The notes beneath the pieces were generated by a model. The model was not told the DNA's origin. It saw only the letters and a list, made by a program, of their open reading frames with translations, and did no database searches. From Candidatus Adlerbacteria bacterium (lineage in GTDB: Bacteria > Patescibacteriota > Minisyncoccia > Phycocordibacterales > SBAW01), in the NCBI GenBank assembly GCA_043784925.1, contig JAYVXU010000025.1:22649-86648 (forward strand): 64,000 bases of DNA, in the 5' to 3' direction. The first letter of the stretch is position 1. Each line of letters starts with the position of its first letter. The position numbers and the translations under genes were made by a program. Positions 27,515-37,806 of this stretch are shown piece after piece.

Positions 27515-27801
27515 AAATTGAGTATTCTCTAAAATATTCGAATGATTTAGAGAATATTCTTGAGCGAAGTACCCAATATGGAGCACGAGTTACACGCGAA
27601 TTAACGAACTATATCTATTTAGAAATTGAAAGAATCGCCTCTTTTCCGGAGAGTGCTAAAACTTTGTCAAATAGAGAGGGTGTCCGAGTTCTGTTTCTTG
27701 TCCGATTTCCATTCGCAATATTTTATAAAGTATTCCCTGATAGGATTTATATTCAACATATTCAACACACCGCCCGCCTACCTTGGCGGGAGGTCAAATA
27801 A
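27511..27801 (+). CDS. RelE/ParE family toxin
   Basis: FPES, RFPFAIFY, IQHTAR motifs. Confidence 0.85.
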   Translation: MKIEYSLKYSNDLENILERSTQYGARVTRELTNYIYLEIERIASFPESAKTLSNREGVRVLFLVRFPFAIFYKVFPDRIYIQHIQHTARLPWREVK

Positions 27802-27810
27802 AATAAGAAC

Positions 27811-28716
27811 ATGGCTACCCTCTATACACACAAAGCTGAAAATATTTCTAAGACCTGGGCACTCATGTTTGTTTTTTTGTGTATTGTGATTGCGATAGGG
27901 TGGGCAATTTCCTATTATTTTCACAACCCGGGTATTCTTGTAATCGCGGTTATTTTTGCAGTGGTGATGAATATTTTTAGCTACTGGTTTTCGGACACCG
28001 TGGTGATCGCGATGGCGCGTGCTAGACCTGCGGACGGGCCACAATATTTGGAACTTAATCGAATTATCGAAAATCTTTCCATTACCGCTGGGTTGCCTAA
28101 ACCAAAAGTATATATAGTAGACGACGCGGCACCCAACGCCTTTGCAACTGGGCGAAATGCAACACACGCCTCAGTTGCAGTCACGACTGGGCTTTTGCAA
28201 ATAATGAATCACCAAGAGCTTGAAGGAGTGTTGGCCCACGAGCTCTCGCATATCGGGAATCGTGACATGCTGGTGTCGACTGTAGCTGTTGTGTTGGTTG
28301 GGTTTGTAACTATTATTGCAGATTTTTTTTGGCGCTCAACATTTTTGGGAGGTGGTCGAGACCGTGAAGAAAAACAAAATCCACTTGTTGCTGTGTTGGC
28401 AATTGCACTTGTTGTTTTGGCCCCTATTTTTGCAACACTGCTACAGCTGGCGATTTCCAGACGCCGCGAATTTTTAGCTGATACATCGGGTGCGCTCTTG
28501 ACCCGCTACCCCGAGGGCTTAGCCTCCGCGCTCCAAAAAATAGGGACGTACTCACTGCCCATGCAAACGGCTAATAACGCAACAGCTCACTTGTATATAT
28601 CGAATCCTTTTGGTGGTGGTGAAGCCCGAAGTTTTATAACTAAACTCTTTTCCACCCACCCACCTATTGAAGAGCGAATCAAAGCGCTAGTTGGCGATAA
28701 CCGGTCGAATTCATAG
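27811..28716 (+). CDS. htpX: Zinc metalloprotease HtpX (M48)
   Basis: PNAFATG, HELSH, REFLAD, STHPP motifs. Confidence 0.95.
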   Translation: MATLYTHKAENISKTWALMFVFLCIVIAIGWAISYYFHNPGILVIAVIFAVVMNIFSYWFSDTVVIAMARARPADGPQYLELNRIIENLSITAGLPKPKVYIVDDAAPNAFATGRNATHASVAVTTGLLQIMNHQELEGVLAHELSHIGNRDMLVSTVAVVLVGFVTIIADFFWRSTFLGGGRDREEKQNPLVAVLAIALVVLAPIFATLLQLAISRRREFLADTSGALLTRYPEGLASALQKIGTYSLPMQTANNATAHLYISNPFGGGEARSFITKLFSTHPPIEERIKALVGDNRSNS

Positions 28717-28768
28717 TTCTATTGACTAGAGCAGCAGGTGCTGTATAACAAAAACGGCACTGTGTACT

Positions 28769-29029
28769 TTGCATAGGTATATAGGTGTCAACGTCCTAAG
28801 AAGTAAACGGAGAAAAACCTTGCCTAATCGCCGTACAAAAGAGGCTTTCGCAGCTATTCGCAAACAAAGAAAAAATGATATGGGTGGTTGCCTTAATGTA
28901 CCCTTAGCTCAGGCTACGCTCCGGGCTGTTGGGTCCCATATCAAACGCTCTCCGACCACTCTAACGCTTGACTGGAAAAGGCTCGAGAGGTCCATGGTTC
29001 ACTATGGTGACCCCGGCAACGAAGAATAA
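28769..29029 (+). CDS. Small basic hypothetical protein
   Basis: ORF between a TTGACT promoter and a terminator; start unclear. Confidence 0.35.
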   Translation: MHRYIGVNVLRSKRRKTLPNRRTKEAFAAIRKQRKNDMGGCLNVPLAQATLRAVGSHIKRSPTTLTLDWKRLERSMVHYGDPGNEE

Positions 29030-29059
29030 TTTGCAGCAGGTCTAAGCGACCTCAAGTTC

Positions 29060-29089
29060 AAAGCCGAGCAACCTATGCTCGGCTTTTTT
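29060..29089 (+). terminator. Intrinsic terminator
   Basis: AAAGCCGAGCA-N5-TGCTCGGCTTTTTT. Confidence 0.75.
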
Positions 29090-29137
29090 ATTTATACACA
29101 AGGGCTCTTTACAACCTCTGTTATACTAAAAGTATAT

Positions 29138-31885
29138 ATGGAGAACTCAAGGAGGCTTGAGGTTGAAAAAATGCGAGACTCGGCTCGCGCTGAATTAGTG
29201 CAACTCCAAGAAAGGGCCGCGCATATTGAAGCACAACTAGAGCGCGAGTCTTCGCTCGAGTCTGGTGTGGCGCACGACCGGTCAGTAGACCGAGCTGTCG
29301 GGGAAGTATGGCAGAGAAGCGCACAGGTGCCGTCGCCTGCTATTTTGCCGCGAGTGTCCGTGCACCCGCAGGCTTTCACTTTAAAGCTGGCGCCTGAAGA
29401 ACATGACGAAAAAATGGGAGAAATTTTGCATGTGTTGCAAGAGAAAGGAGTCTCAAGCGCTATACAATATGCCGAAAAAGTAGGGAACCCACATTTGATA
29501 GACGACTTCCATCGTGTGCTTGTAGAGTGGATACATGAAGGTTTGCCGGCGCCCAAAATTAATTCGAGCTACGGACATGCACTCACGCTGACACTCTATG
29601 AAGTAACGGTCTCAAAAATAGACAAAGAAAACGAGCGAAGTAGTGACCCGGCGCGAGCGATGCATGAGTTTGTGTCGCTCATGGACCAGGTGTATCGAAG
29701 TATGCATCAAATGAATGCCAACAAGGGCGAATATTTTTCCTTTGAGATAGCAAACCCTGCGGGCAATTTGCAAACGAGCATTTATGTTGCGGTCCCCACG
29801 GCGCGCAAGTCTTTGTTTGAAAAAAACCTTTTGTCCTTGTATCCACACGCAAGGCTAGTCGAGAGACACGATGACTACAATGCTTTTTTTAATGGTTCGG
29901 CGACGGCCGCTGCAGAAGCGTATCTGACGGAGCGCCCTATATATGGTCTGCGCACCTATGAAGCTTTTTCAAGCGACCCTTTGGACGTCCTTATTAATTC
30001 ACTTTCCAAACTTGACGCAGCACATGAGGGAGCGGCTATCCAATATATTATTTCGCCACGAGATCATGGATATTTGAAACGCTTTCGAACGGCTCTCCAA
30101 AAAATCCATTCAGGCGCGCCACTGTGGCATGCAACAAATGTGAAGACAGGGTTCATGGGGTTTGTGCAAGACGTAAGTCGAGCTTTTTCCAAGCCAACTG
30201 TGGCCGCGGAGCATGAACGAGTGCGTCCGGACGACCCACGACTCAAAAATATTGAACATAAAATCTCAAGCCCAATTTTTATGGGCCACATACGCGTTGT
30301 TGCTTCGGCCGCAACTCCTATACGCGCTAAAACTATTTTAGAAGATATTGAAGCGGCGTTTCAGCAATTTGCAGACACCTCAGGAAACACTATCCGTTTT
30401 AAAGAAATTCCGGAGCGCAAAATTAAAAAGTTTGCCGAGCTTTTTTCATACCGCGTTCCAGGTAGCCACCCCATGCCTCTTTCGACAACTGAACTTGCGA
30501 CACTCGCTCACTTGCCAGGAGGAGACAGTAAACTTGCCGCACCAGAACTTCGCCAGGAAAAAAGTAATGTGGCACCTCCTCCTCCTGAGTTAGAGCACAC
30601 CGGAGCAGTGCTTGGAGTCAATACGTTCCGAGGCAATACTAAAGAAATTTACATAGCTCCTGAAGATCGTTTGCGCCATATGTACGTGATAGGGCAAACA
30701 GGGACAGGAAAATCCACGCTTCTTAAAAATGTAATATTACAAGACATACGCTCTGGGGCGGGAGTCTGCATGATAGACCCGCACGGCAATGATGTGCTCG
30801 ATATTTTGGCGTCGGTACCTCCTGAGCGCATTAAAGACGTTATCTATTTTGACCCAGGGGAAACCGCTCGGCCCATGGGGCTTAATATGTTGGAGTTTGA
30901 CCCAGCACGACCTGAGCAAAAAACGCTTGTTGTAGATGAGCTCTTAGGAATATTTAAAAAATTATTTGGTGCTGTGCCAGAAAGTATGGGCCCAGCGTTT
31001 GAACAGTATTTCCGCAATGCAGCACTCCTGGTGATGGAGGCGCCAGAGCTAGGCAGCACTCTCATGGACATTTCGCGCATATTTTCGGACGATGATTTTC
31101 GTGCAAAAAAACTGGCGGCATGTAAAAACCCAATTGTGCTTCGTTTTTGGCAAGACATAGCTATGAAGACAACTGGCGAGCAAGGACTAGAGAATTACGC
31201 ACCCTATGTAACAAACAAATTTGATGCGTTTACGACCAACGAAATTGTGCGCCCGATTATTGCACAGCAAAAGTCATCGTTTAACTTCCGCGATATTATG
31301 GACTCACGAAAGATTTTGCTCGTTAATTTGGCGAAAGGCCGCATTGGCGACATGAACGCAAACTTGCTGGGCTTGGTTATTGTTGGGAAGTTCCTCCTCG
31401 CGGCCTTGTCCCGTGCCGACTCTGTTGGGAAGGATTTGCCTCCTTTTTATTTGCATATAGACGAATTCCAAAACTTCACGACGCCGTCTATTGCTACCAT
31501 TTTTTCGGAAGCTCGAAAGTACAAGCTTTCGCTTACGGTCGCGCATCAATTTATAGCGCAGCTAACCGACGAAATTAAAGACGCTGTGTTTGGTAACGTC
31601 GGCACGATTTGCGCGTTTCGAGTAGGGGCGACTGATGCCGAGTATTTAGAAAAGCAATTTGCCCCAACCTTTAAACAAAGTGACCTCATGAATGTAGACA
31701 ATCGAAACGCCTACCTCAAACTCCTCGTTAAAGGCCGACCTGCAACCCCTTTTAATATTGAAACCCTACCGTTCCCTGATGTGCAGTTGGAGCATGTGGA
31801 CCGAATTCGCGAACTTTCTGGGCTCATGTATGGACGCCCCCGCGCGGAAGTAGAAGCTGAAATAGCCAAAACTCTCTCGTTATAA
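29138..31885 (+). CDS. VirD4/TraD/HerA-like (DUF87) P-loop ATPase, CPR type
   Basis: RHMYVIGQTGTGKS, IDPHG, HIDEFQNF, SEARKY motifs. Confidence 0.88.
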   Translation: MENSRRLEVEKMRDSARAELVQLQERAAHIEAQLERESSLESGVAHDRSVDRAVGEVWQRSAQVPSPAILPRVSVHPQAFTLKLAPEEHDEKMGEILHVLQEKGVSSAIQYAEKVGNPHLIDDFHRVLVEWIHEGLPAPKINSSYGHALTLTLYEVTVSKIDKENERSSDPARAMHEFVSLMDQVYRSMHQMNANKGEYFSFEIANPAGNLQTSIYVAVPTARKSLFEKNLLSLYPHARLVERHDDYNAFFNGSATAAAEAYLTERPIYGLRTYEAFSSDPLDVLINSLSKLDAAHEGAAIQYIISPRDHGYLKRFRTALQKIHSGAPLWHATNVKTGFMGFVQDVSRAFSKPTVAAEHERVRPDDPRLKNIEHKISSPIFMGHIRVVASAATPIRAKTILEDIEAAFQQFADTSGNTIRFKEIPERKIKKFAELFSYRVPGSHPMPLSTTELATLAHLPGGDSKLAAPELRQEKSNVAPPPPELEHTGAVLGVNTFRGNTKEIYIAPEDRLRHMYVIGQTGTGKSTLLKNVILQDIRSGAGVCMIDPHGNDVLDILASVPPERIKDVIYFDPGETARPMGLNMLEFDPARPEQKTLVVDELLGIFKKLFGAVPESMGPAFEQYFRNAALLVMEAPELGSTLMDISRIFSDDDFRAKKLAACKNPIVLRFWQDIAMKTTGEQGLENYAPYVTNKFDAFTTNEIVRPIIAQQKSSFNFRDIMDSRKILLVNLAKGRIGDMNANLLGLVIVGKFLLAALSRADSVGKDLPPFYLHIDEFQNFTTPSIATIFSEARKYKLSLTVAHQFIAQLTDEIKDAVFGNVGTICAFRVGATDAEYLEKQFAPTFKQSDLMNVDNRNAYLKLLVKGRPATPFNIETLPFPDVQLEHVDRIRELSGLMYGRPRAEVEAEIAKTLSL

Positions 31886-31950
31886 CCATGCCTTCCCTTG
31901 CAGTTAGAGAAAGAAAGGTATAATTACAGTATATTTTTATATAAATTTGT

Positions 31951-34326
31951 ATGAGTGAACATCAACCCCTTAGGGATAGAAGAGATAGAAGAGATAGAAG
32001 GAATGATGAATCCTCAATCCCTAAACATACACAAACTCTATCTACCCCTGTAGCTAGTGAGGGAGAGAGGAATGCCCCTAATAGAGAAGGTCGAGAAAGT
32101 GAGGAAGCAAACTCATCTTCTCCCAAACATGATACATTTAGTTGGAGTGAAGAATTGGGTACTAGGTTAAATAGTGAGGGTTTTTCTCAAGAGGAAATAT
32201 CTTTTATTCAAGGAGCAATGGTTGGGAAGAAGACCTCTAAAAAACATTTATTGAGTGTCATTGCTCTTAGTAAGGGGTTGTCTGATTTATCCGAAGAAGG
32301 AAAAGAAATGCGTAGGGAAGTGGTAGTTGAACCTGATTTTGAGTTAGAAAATTTTGCAACAATTAAAAAATTTGAGTCAATTCTTAACACCACTTCACAA
32401 GTTGCGTCTGCACCTGAACCGCCGGACCTTGCAAGAAGTGTGCCTTTTGAACCCACTGCGGCTCCTGCTGTTGCAGTGTCCTTGCCGCCAGACAACTTTC
32501 CTATTTCGAACGAGGTTCTTCATGAAGTAGCAAAAAAAATTGTTGAGCAAGAAAGAAAAGGTACAGCACAACCTAAGACTCAGACTGCTCCAGCTACGCC
32601 AGAAGTTACAAAAGATACTATTGAAATTTCTCCCGAGAGTTTAGGCTTAAGTTCAAAAATGTCCTTTATTGATGGCCCAACCTCCTCTGCGCAGGTTGAG
32701 TCGGAAATGCCTCCGGTCGAGCTAGTTGAACCACCTCACCCTGAGTTTGTTTTGAATTTAAAAAAATCAGGGCAATGGCAGACCCTGCCCTCAGGGATAA
32801 CGTCTTTAACCGATGTACAAATTCCAGAAAATACCCAAAACGTAACGTACCGCGCAGGCCCAGAAGGTGTATTGCAGGTTAAATGGACACGCGTACCACC
32901 AGAGAAATCTTCTTCAAAAAAGCCTTCCAAATCTAAAAAGGAAGAATCTGTTTCTCCAGGACCCATAAAGGTAAATTCTGAAGTATCTCCGGTAGAGCAA
33001 GGGGAAAGTGGTTCCACAACTCCAGAAGTAGCTCCAGCAACCCAACCTGTTACTAAACCCATTGCGGAGGTTAATCCAATTACAGGTCAAGAGAAGATGA
33101 GGAAAGAATTTAAAAACCACTTTGGGGAAGATACTTTTGTTACGGCAGACCCTAAAGCTGTAGACTCAAATATTGAAAAAAATACCAAAGAGTGGCGAGA
33201 ACATTTTGGAGAAGATGTTTTTGTTGAAGCTGATGCACCCGAAGCTTCGGTAGAGGCTAAAATAATTCCCCCATGGTATAGCAAATTTCCTAATTGGGTT
33301 AAGGATCAAAAGGAAAATATAAATCAAGAAGCACTTACAAGAGGAGGTGAGAGGGGCGTGAATGCTGTGCGAAAAACAGGGGAGTGGTACAAAAAACAAA
33401 ACCCCTGGATAAAAGTTGGGGTAGGAGGAGCTTTGATAGGACTTGGGCTTGGGGGAGGAGCGATTGGTGGAAGTCTCGGAGGCACAATATTTGCAATCGG
33501 TTTTACAGGTAAAGTTGTACAAAGGGGCTTGGCTGCTTCAGGAGCTTTTGTTCTTGCAGAAAGTATGTCGCGAGGATTAAGTAAAGATAAACAGCTTGAT
33601 AAAGTTTTTCTCAAAGATAAACATACACAACGTGGGCTGGCTGCGGCGGTACTCACCCTTGCTATGCCCTCAATATTTTCCTACACCGGAGCAGGAACAA
33701 TTGTGGGCCAAAAACTATCACTTGCTGGTAGTTGGTTATCAACCAATTTTGTATCTGCAACTAGATTTATAGGAGAATCCCAATTAGCAGGTGCATATCC
33801 GGCTGGTGTAGCGGTAGCACCTGTGGGCTTAACTCAGGTCGATTTATCCGATCCTGTTCAAACCGAGAAATTTACTGCACGGGCTAAAGGTCCAATACCC
33901 CACCTTACTCCTCCAAACCCTGCACCTGGAGTACCTATCACCCCATCCGCACCACCCAACGTTTCGGGCAGAATATTAGATACGCTTCAAGGAGCAAAAG
34001 TTACAAGTGGAAGCAATTTATGGAACACAATCTCAGGTACTCTTCCTTCTGAGCTTAATACGGCGCAACGTCAAAATGCGGTAGGGAATATCATACAGTG
34101 GCTTCGTGATAACCCGAACGCGCATAAAGATATACCTAACCTAACCAAAGTTATAGTTGGTACTCCACTCAGTAGTCTCCAGATTCCTCCGGAAGTTCTT
34201 CAAAACATTTATGATCATGCAAAAAATCCTCAAGTAAAATTAGGTACACTTTCCCTCGGGCCAGAAGCAACGCCAAAAACTACTTTAAAAGAAACTTTAG
34301 AGCAAGTAGCTAAAGAGCAGCATTAA
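31951..34326 (+). CDS. Large low-complexity membrane protein, probable 5' part of a frameshifted gene
   Basis: Pro/Glu-rich N-terminus, Gly-rich TMs, LysM-like VTSGSNLWNTI; second frame opens at 34314. Confidence 0.7.
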   Translation: MSEHQPLRDRRDRRDRRNDESSIPKHTQTLSTPVASEGERNAPNREGRESEEANSSSPKHDTFSWSEELGTRLNSEGFSQEEISFIQGAMVGKKTSKKHLLSVIALSKGLSDLSEEGKEMRREVVVEPDFELENFATIKKFESILNTTSQVASAPEPPDLARSVPFEPTAAPAVAVSLPPDNFPISNEVLHEVAKKIVEQERKGTAQPKTQTAPATPEVTKDTIEISPESLGLSSKMSFIDGPTSSAQVESEMPPVELVEPPHPEFVLNLKKSGQWQTLPSGITSLTDVQIPENTQNVTYRAGPEGVLQVKWTRVPPEKSSSKKPSKSKKEESVSPGPIKVNSEVSPVEQGESGSTTPEVAPATQPVTKPIAEVNPITGQEKMRKEFKNHFGEDTFVTADPKAVDSNIEKNTKEWREHFGEDVFVEADAPEASVEAKIIPPWYSKFPNWVKDQKENINQEALTRGGERGVNAVRKTGEWYKKQNPWIKVGVGGALIGLGLGGGAIGGSLGGTIFAIGFTGKVVQRGLAASGAFVLAESMSRGLSKDKQLDKVFLKDKHTQRGLAAAVLTLAMPSIFSYTGAGTIVGQKLSLAGSWLSTNFVSATRFIGESQLAGAYPAGVAVAPVGLTQVDLSDPVQTEKFTARAKGPIPHLTPPNPAPGVPITPSAPPNVSGRILDTLQGAKVTSGSNLWNTISGTLPSELNTAQRQNAVGNIIQWLRDNPNAHKDIPNLTKVIVGTPLSSLQIPPEVLQNIYDHAKNPQVKLGTLSLGPEATPKTTLKETLEQVAKEQH
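31975..32000 (+). repeat. GATAGAAGA x3 coding microrepeat (DRR x3)
   Basis: Read directly in sequence. Confidence 0.85.
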
Positions 34327-34349
34327 CGGTAGGAGCGCCAACGGAAGTT

Positions 34350-34721
34350 ATGACCTCGCCAGGGGATGCAACAACGCTTGCCGCTATGGTTGGTTCACCA
34401 AGTGAAATGCCTCTTAATATAAGCTCTGAAACTATTGCCGACTATGCAATAAATAAATTTGGTGATGCTCAGAAAGGAGGATTTTTTAGTAAACTTTTTG
34501 GATCAAAGTTGGTTTCAAATATAGACTGGTCGAAGGTGAGTAAGTTACCAGCCTCGACCATTTTCGATGGAACCCCCAATAAATTCCTTACTCCAGTCCA
34601 GTTAGCCACACTTAAAGCTGACCTTTTGTCAGTACACAATAAAGTAGTTGGCCTTGATCTCAGCCATAAAACAGTGGAGGAGGTTATTAAAGTTGGTTTA
34701 GAAAAGAGGATACTGACCTAG
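34350..34721 (+). CDS. Hypothetical protein, probable 3' part of 31951..34326
   Basis: Frame is open from 34314, overlapping the upstream stop. Confidence 0.6.
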   Translation: MTSPGDATTLAAMVGSPSEMPLNISSETIADYAINKFGDAQKGGFFSKLFGSKLVSNIDWSKVSKLPASTIFDGTPNKFLTPVQLATLKADLLSVHNKVVGLDLSHKTVEEVIKVGLEKRILT

Positions 34722-34763
34722 AATCCAAATTGAAGTGTGAAATTATTTAGATAAGTAAACAAT

Positions 34764-35075
34764 ATGCCAATAGAAACCATACAAAAGATGTTAGCAGAGC
34801 AATTGGGGGTAGGGGACGCTCCGCCCGAAGTACAAGTGGCCGTTGTTGATGAAATAGGGGGCTTGGCTCTTGAGCGATTGACCATGCTTATATTTGCGCA
34901 ATTGTCTGAAGTGGACCGAGCGGCGTTTGAGAAGCTACAAGACTCCAAGGACTCCTCTGGTATGCAAAATTTAATTACACAAAAGGTGCCAAACTTAGAG
35001 CAACTCACGAGTGAAGCCATAAAAACCGAAATACAAGCTTTTCAAGAGTTTCAAAAAGCACTTCCTAACGACTAG
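34764..35075 (+). CDS. DUF5663-like CPR protein
   Basis: LG...PPE.Q...LSEVDR..F...VPNLEQL pattern. Confidence 0.6.
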   Translation: MPIETIQKMLAEQLGVGDAPPEVQVAVVDEIGGLALERLTMLIFAQLSEVDRAAFEKLQDSKDSSGMQNLITQKVPNLEQLTSEAIKTEIQAFQEFQKALPND

Positions 35076-35172
35076 CATGTCTTCATCGTCTTAATATCAT
35101 CGTGCAACAATTATTTTATCAAAGATAGGTTGTATTGAATCTTGTGTGCGAGTATTCTTATATTGAAGCGCT

Positions 35173-36465
35173 ATGAGTAAAAAAAGTTTACATAACTTAT
35201 TTGTAAGTAGCCTAGGCTTAGGAGCTCTCTTTTTTATTGGTATACTCGTGAGTACCGCCGGTATTCCAAGCACAACAAATGCAGAAAGTGTACCGCATCC
35301 TCCTCCGGTTATCTCCTCAATCTCTTCTTCGCCTAGTGACACGACCGCGATTATCACCTGGACAACGAGTGTGCCCGCAGATTCGCAAGTCGTGTTTGGC
35401 GTTTCCACTTTGAATAGCGTATTTTCTGAATTGCGTACGGCCCCGGTTACCAACCACTCGGTTGTTATTACCGACCTTAAGCCCAACACCCAGTACCACT
35501 TCCAAGTATTATCTCAAAACGCCGCAAGTCCGGACGCAAGTTCTGGCTTAGGTATTTCTGACGATGGAGTCTTCACAACCCAAGCTGCTCATACTACCTC
35601 AGCACCCGAGTCCGATGGTGTACATACCAATGACTCTTCCTCAGGGGCACCTCCAATAGCCAACTTTAATCTACCGGTTATTTCGCAATTATTGTCGACA
35701 ACAACCGACATAAGTGCGACAGTCACCTGGAATACCGACCAGCCAGCCACAGGGCAAATATTTTTTGGCACTTCTAGTTCGTACACGAACACAAGCTCAT
35801 TTACGAACGCATTTCAAAAAGATCACTCGATTGTGGTAAACAATCTCCTTCCTAATACGGAGTACCACTTCAACGTATATTCCGGAACGCAAGTTGGGGT
35901 AGCAAGTTCTAGTGACTATGTGTTCAAAACACAAACCCCTATTTCAAATCCTGTTGTGTCTACCGAGCCGCCTCCACCCGTAGCACCTCCTAATGCTGAA
36001 ATAGCATCCCTCAGGCAGGAGATAGAAGGTATGAAGCATCGGATGAATTTGTTTGAACGTATATTGGCTTGGATATTAGGCTACCCAGTTGATAACTTCG
36101 ACGCTAACCATTCGGCTACTCCACCTGCAACTCCTGCCACAGGACTTCCGCCAGTAAGCACGCCTTCTCCAACTCCACCTGCTACTCCCGCTCCTGAGGC
36201 AACCCCGAACACCGCAACAATTGGCCAAAATGGAGCTACCTATGCTCCTGGTGCATCCGTTGATTTTAGTGGTAAAAATTTTGGCCACGAAGAGTCGGTG
36301 ATCATCACAAAAGGGGGTGCGAGTGTTCGTCAGGTACACGCAGACGGAGGAGGTAACTTTTCGTCCGGATCTATCACGCTTCCGACTGACGCAGGAGCAT
36401 ACCAGTATGTTTTTACGGGTGAGCAGAGCCATATTTCAGCCACCGCTTCAATTACAGTTAAATAG
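35173..36465 (+). CDS. Exported protein with two fibronectin type III domains, coiled coil, Pro linker and C-terminal domain
   Basis: AIITWTT...HSVVITDLKPNTQYHFQV and VTWNTD...HSIVVNNLLPNTEYHF. Confidence 0.88.
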   Translation: MSKKSLHNLFVSSLGLGALFFIGILVSTAGIPSTTNAESVPHPPPVISSISSSPSDTTAIITWTTSVPADSQVVFGVSTLNSVFSELRTAPVTNHSVVITDLKPNTQYHFQVLSQNAASPDASSGLGISDDGVFTTQAAHTTSAPESDGVHTNDSSSGAPPIANFNLPVISQLLSTTTDISATVTWNTDQPATGQIFFGTSSSYTNTSSFTNAFQKDHSIVVNNLLPNTEYHFNVYSGTQVGVASSSDYVFKTQTPISNPVVSTEPPPPVAPPNAEIASLRQEIEGMKHRMNLFERILAWILGYPVDNFDANHSATPPATPATGLPPVSTPSPTPPATPAPEATPNTATIGQNGATYAPGASVDFSGKNFGHEESVIITKGGASVRQVHADGGGNFSSGSITLPTDAGAYQYVFTGEQSHISATASITVK

Positions 36466-36540
36466 TTACGACATCATACTTGACAATACGCAAGGAAGGA
36501 GGTAGTATCCTCTCACACGCCGTCGTGTACGGTTGATGAA

Positions 36541-36574
36541 CTTCAGACAAGCTTAATACAAGCTCAAGTATAGT
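36541..36574 (+). promoter_or_regulatory. Activator-type promoter: CTTCAG-N5-CTTAAT-N5-CTCAAG-TATAGT
   Basis: Same spacing as 438..471; upstream of the glycan operon. Confidence 0.6.
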
Positions 36575-36680
36575 CACTTGAGGTTTGGGTATACTCAAAA
36601 TACCCTGACTATCCTTGTGTCTGGATATATGAAAACACATGAATTATTAACCGATGCACGCAAATCAAAAGAAACCAATT

Positions 36681-37799
36681 ATGCAACCCATTACACTCAG
36701 TTTATTTTTTCCAACCTACAACGAGGAAAAAAATATAGAAGAAACTATTTTGCGCACCATTCAGGTGGTAGAAGATTCGCCATATATATCTGACTATGAG
36801 CTTATTGTGGTTAATGATGGGAGTTCGGATGCCACCAAAATAATTGCCGAAAATTTGGCCCTCGAGCATCCGCATGTCAGAGTCATTAACCACGAAAAGA
36901 ATAGTGGCTATGGTGCTGCCCTTAAAACAGGTATTACAGAAGCTCGTATGGACTATGTCTTTTTTACCGATGCAGACTTACAGTTTGACATCATCGAACT
37001 CCAGAACCTCCTAGTGCATTTGCCTGAATATAAAGTAGTGATAGGGTATCGAGCCCCCCGGCAAGACCCCGCTATGCGCCTTCTCAACGCATGGGTGTGG
37101 AACAAGCTCAACCGAATACTATTTGGCCTCAAAATTCGAGATATTGATTGTGCTTTTAAATTATTTAAACGCGAAAATGTACAAGCCCTCTCGCTTCAGT
37201 CACGGGGTGCAATGATCAGTGCTGAAACACTTATACGCCTTACTCGAGAAGGAGTGGTTATTAAAGAAGTTCCTGTATCTCATTTGCCCCGTAAGGCAGG
37301 TTCTCCAACAGGTGCAAAGTTGTCAGTTATTTTGCGTGCTATGCAAGAGATGGCGGAATTATATCGAGGTGAACTTGGTAGCATAACCCAAAAAGAAGCA
37401 CTCAAATTTATGACTGTTGGAGTACTCAATACTCTTTTGGATGCTGCTTTCTACATATTGCTGACACGAGGAACTGTTCTATTTGCAGACCATTTAGTTG
37501 TGGCAAAATTTCTTTCATTCCTTGCAGGCACTGTTTCGTCACTCCTTATTAATCGTTACTGGACGTTTGGAATGCGCTCACGATTGACATGGAGCGAAGT
37601 TGCACGTTTTTACGCGATGACCTCTGTGTCTATTGCTATAAACGTAGCGCTAATGAACTTCTTTGTGAGTATGGGTATATATGACTTAGTGGCACTCTGC
37701 ATCACCACAGTATTTACATTTATGGCTAACTTCACCCTTTCTAAAATGTGGGTGTTTAAGAAGCGAGAAGCAGAGAAACAACTTATTCATCAAGCATAA
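36681..37799 (+). CDS. GT2 (polyprenol-phosphate sugar synthase-like) fused to a GtrA-like flippase domain
   Basis: PTYNEE, VNDGSSD, GYGAA, TDADLQ; C-terminal KFMTVG...NRYWTF...KMWVF. Confidence 0.9.
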   Translation: MQPITLSLFFPTYNEEKNIEETILRTIQVVEDSPYISDYELIVVNDGSSDATKIIAENLALEHPHVRVINHEKNSGYGAALKTGITEARMDYVFFTDADLQFDIIELQNLLVHLPEYKVVIGYRAPRQDPAMRLLNAWVWNKLNRILFGLKIRDIDCAFKLFKRENVQALSLQSRGAMISAETLIRLTREGVVIKEVPVSHLPRKAGSPTGAKLSVILRAMQEMAELYRGELGSITQKEALKFMTVGVLNTLLDAAFYILLTRGTVLFADHLVVAKFLSFLAGTVSSLLINRYWTFGMRSRLTWSEVARFYAMTSVSIAINVALMNFFVSMGIYDLVALCITTVFTFMANFTLSKMWVFKKREAEKQLIHQA

Positions 37800-37806
37800 G
37801 CTATAT

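Noticed and set aside
29138-31885. Conjugative element or ICE
   Set aside because: No relaxase, integrase, VirB genes or att repeats; this ATPase type is a common chromosomal CPR gene
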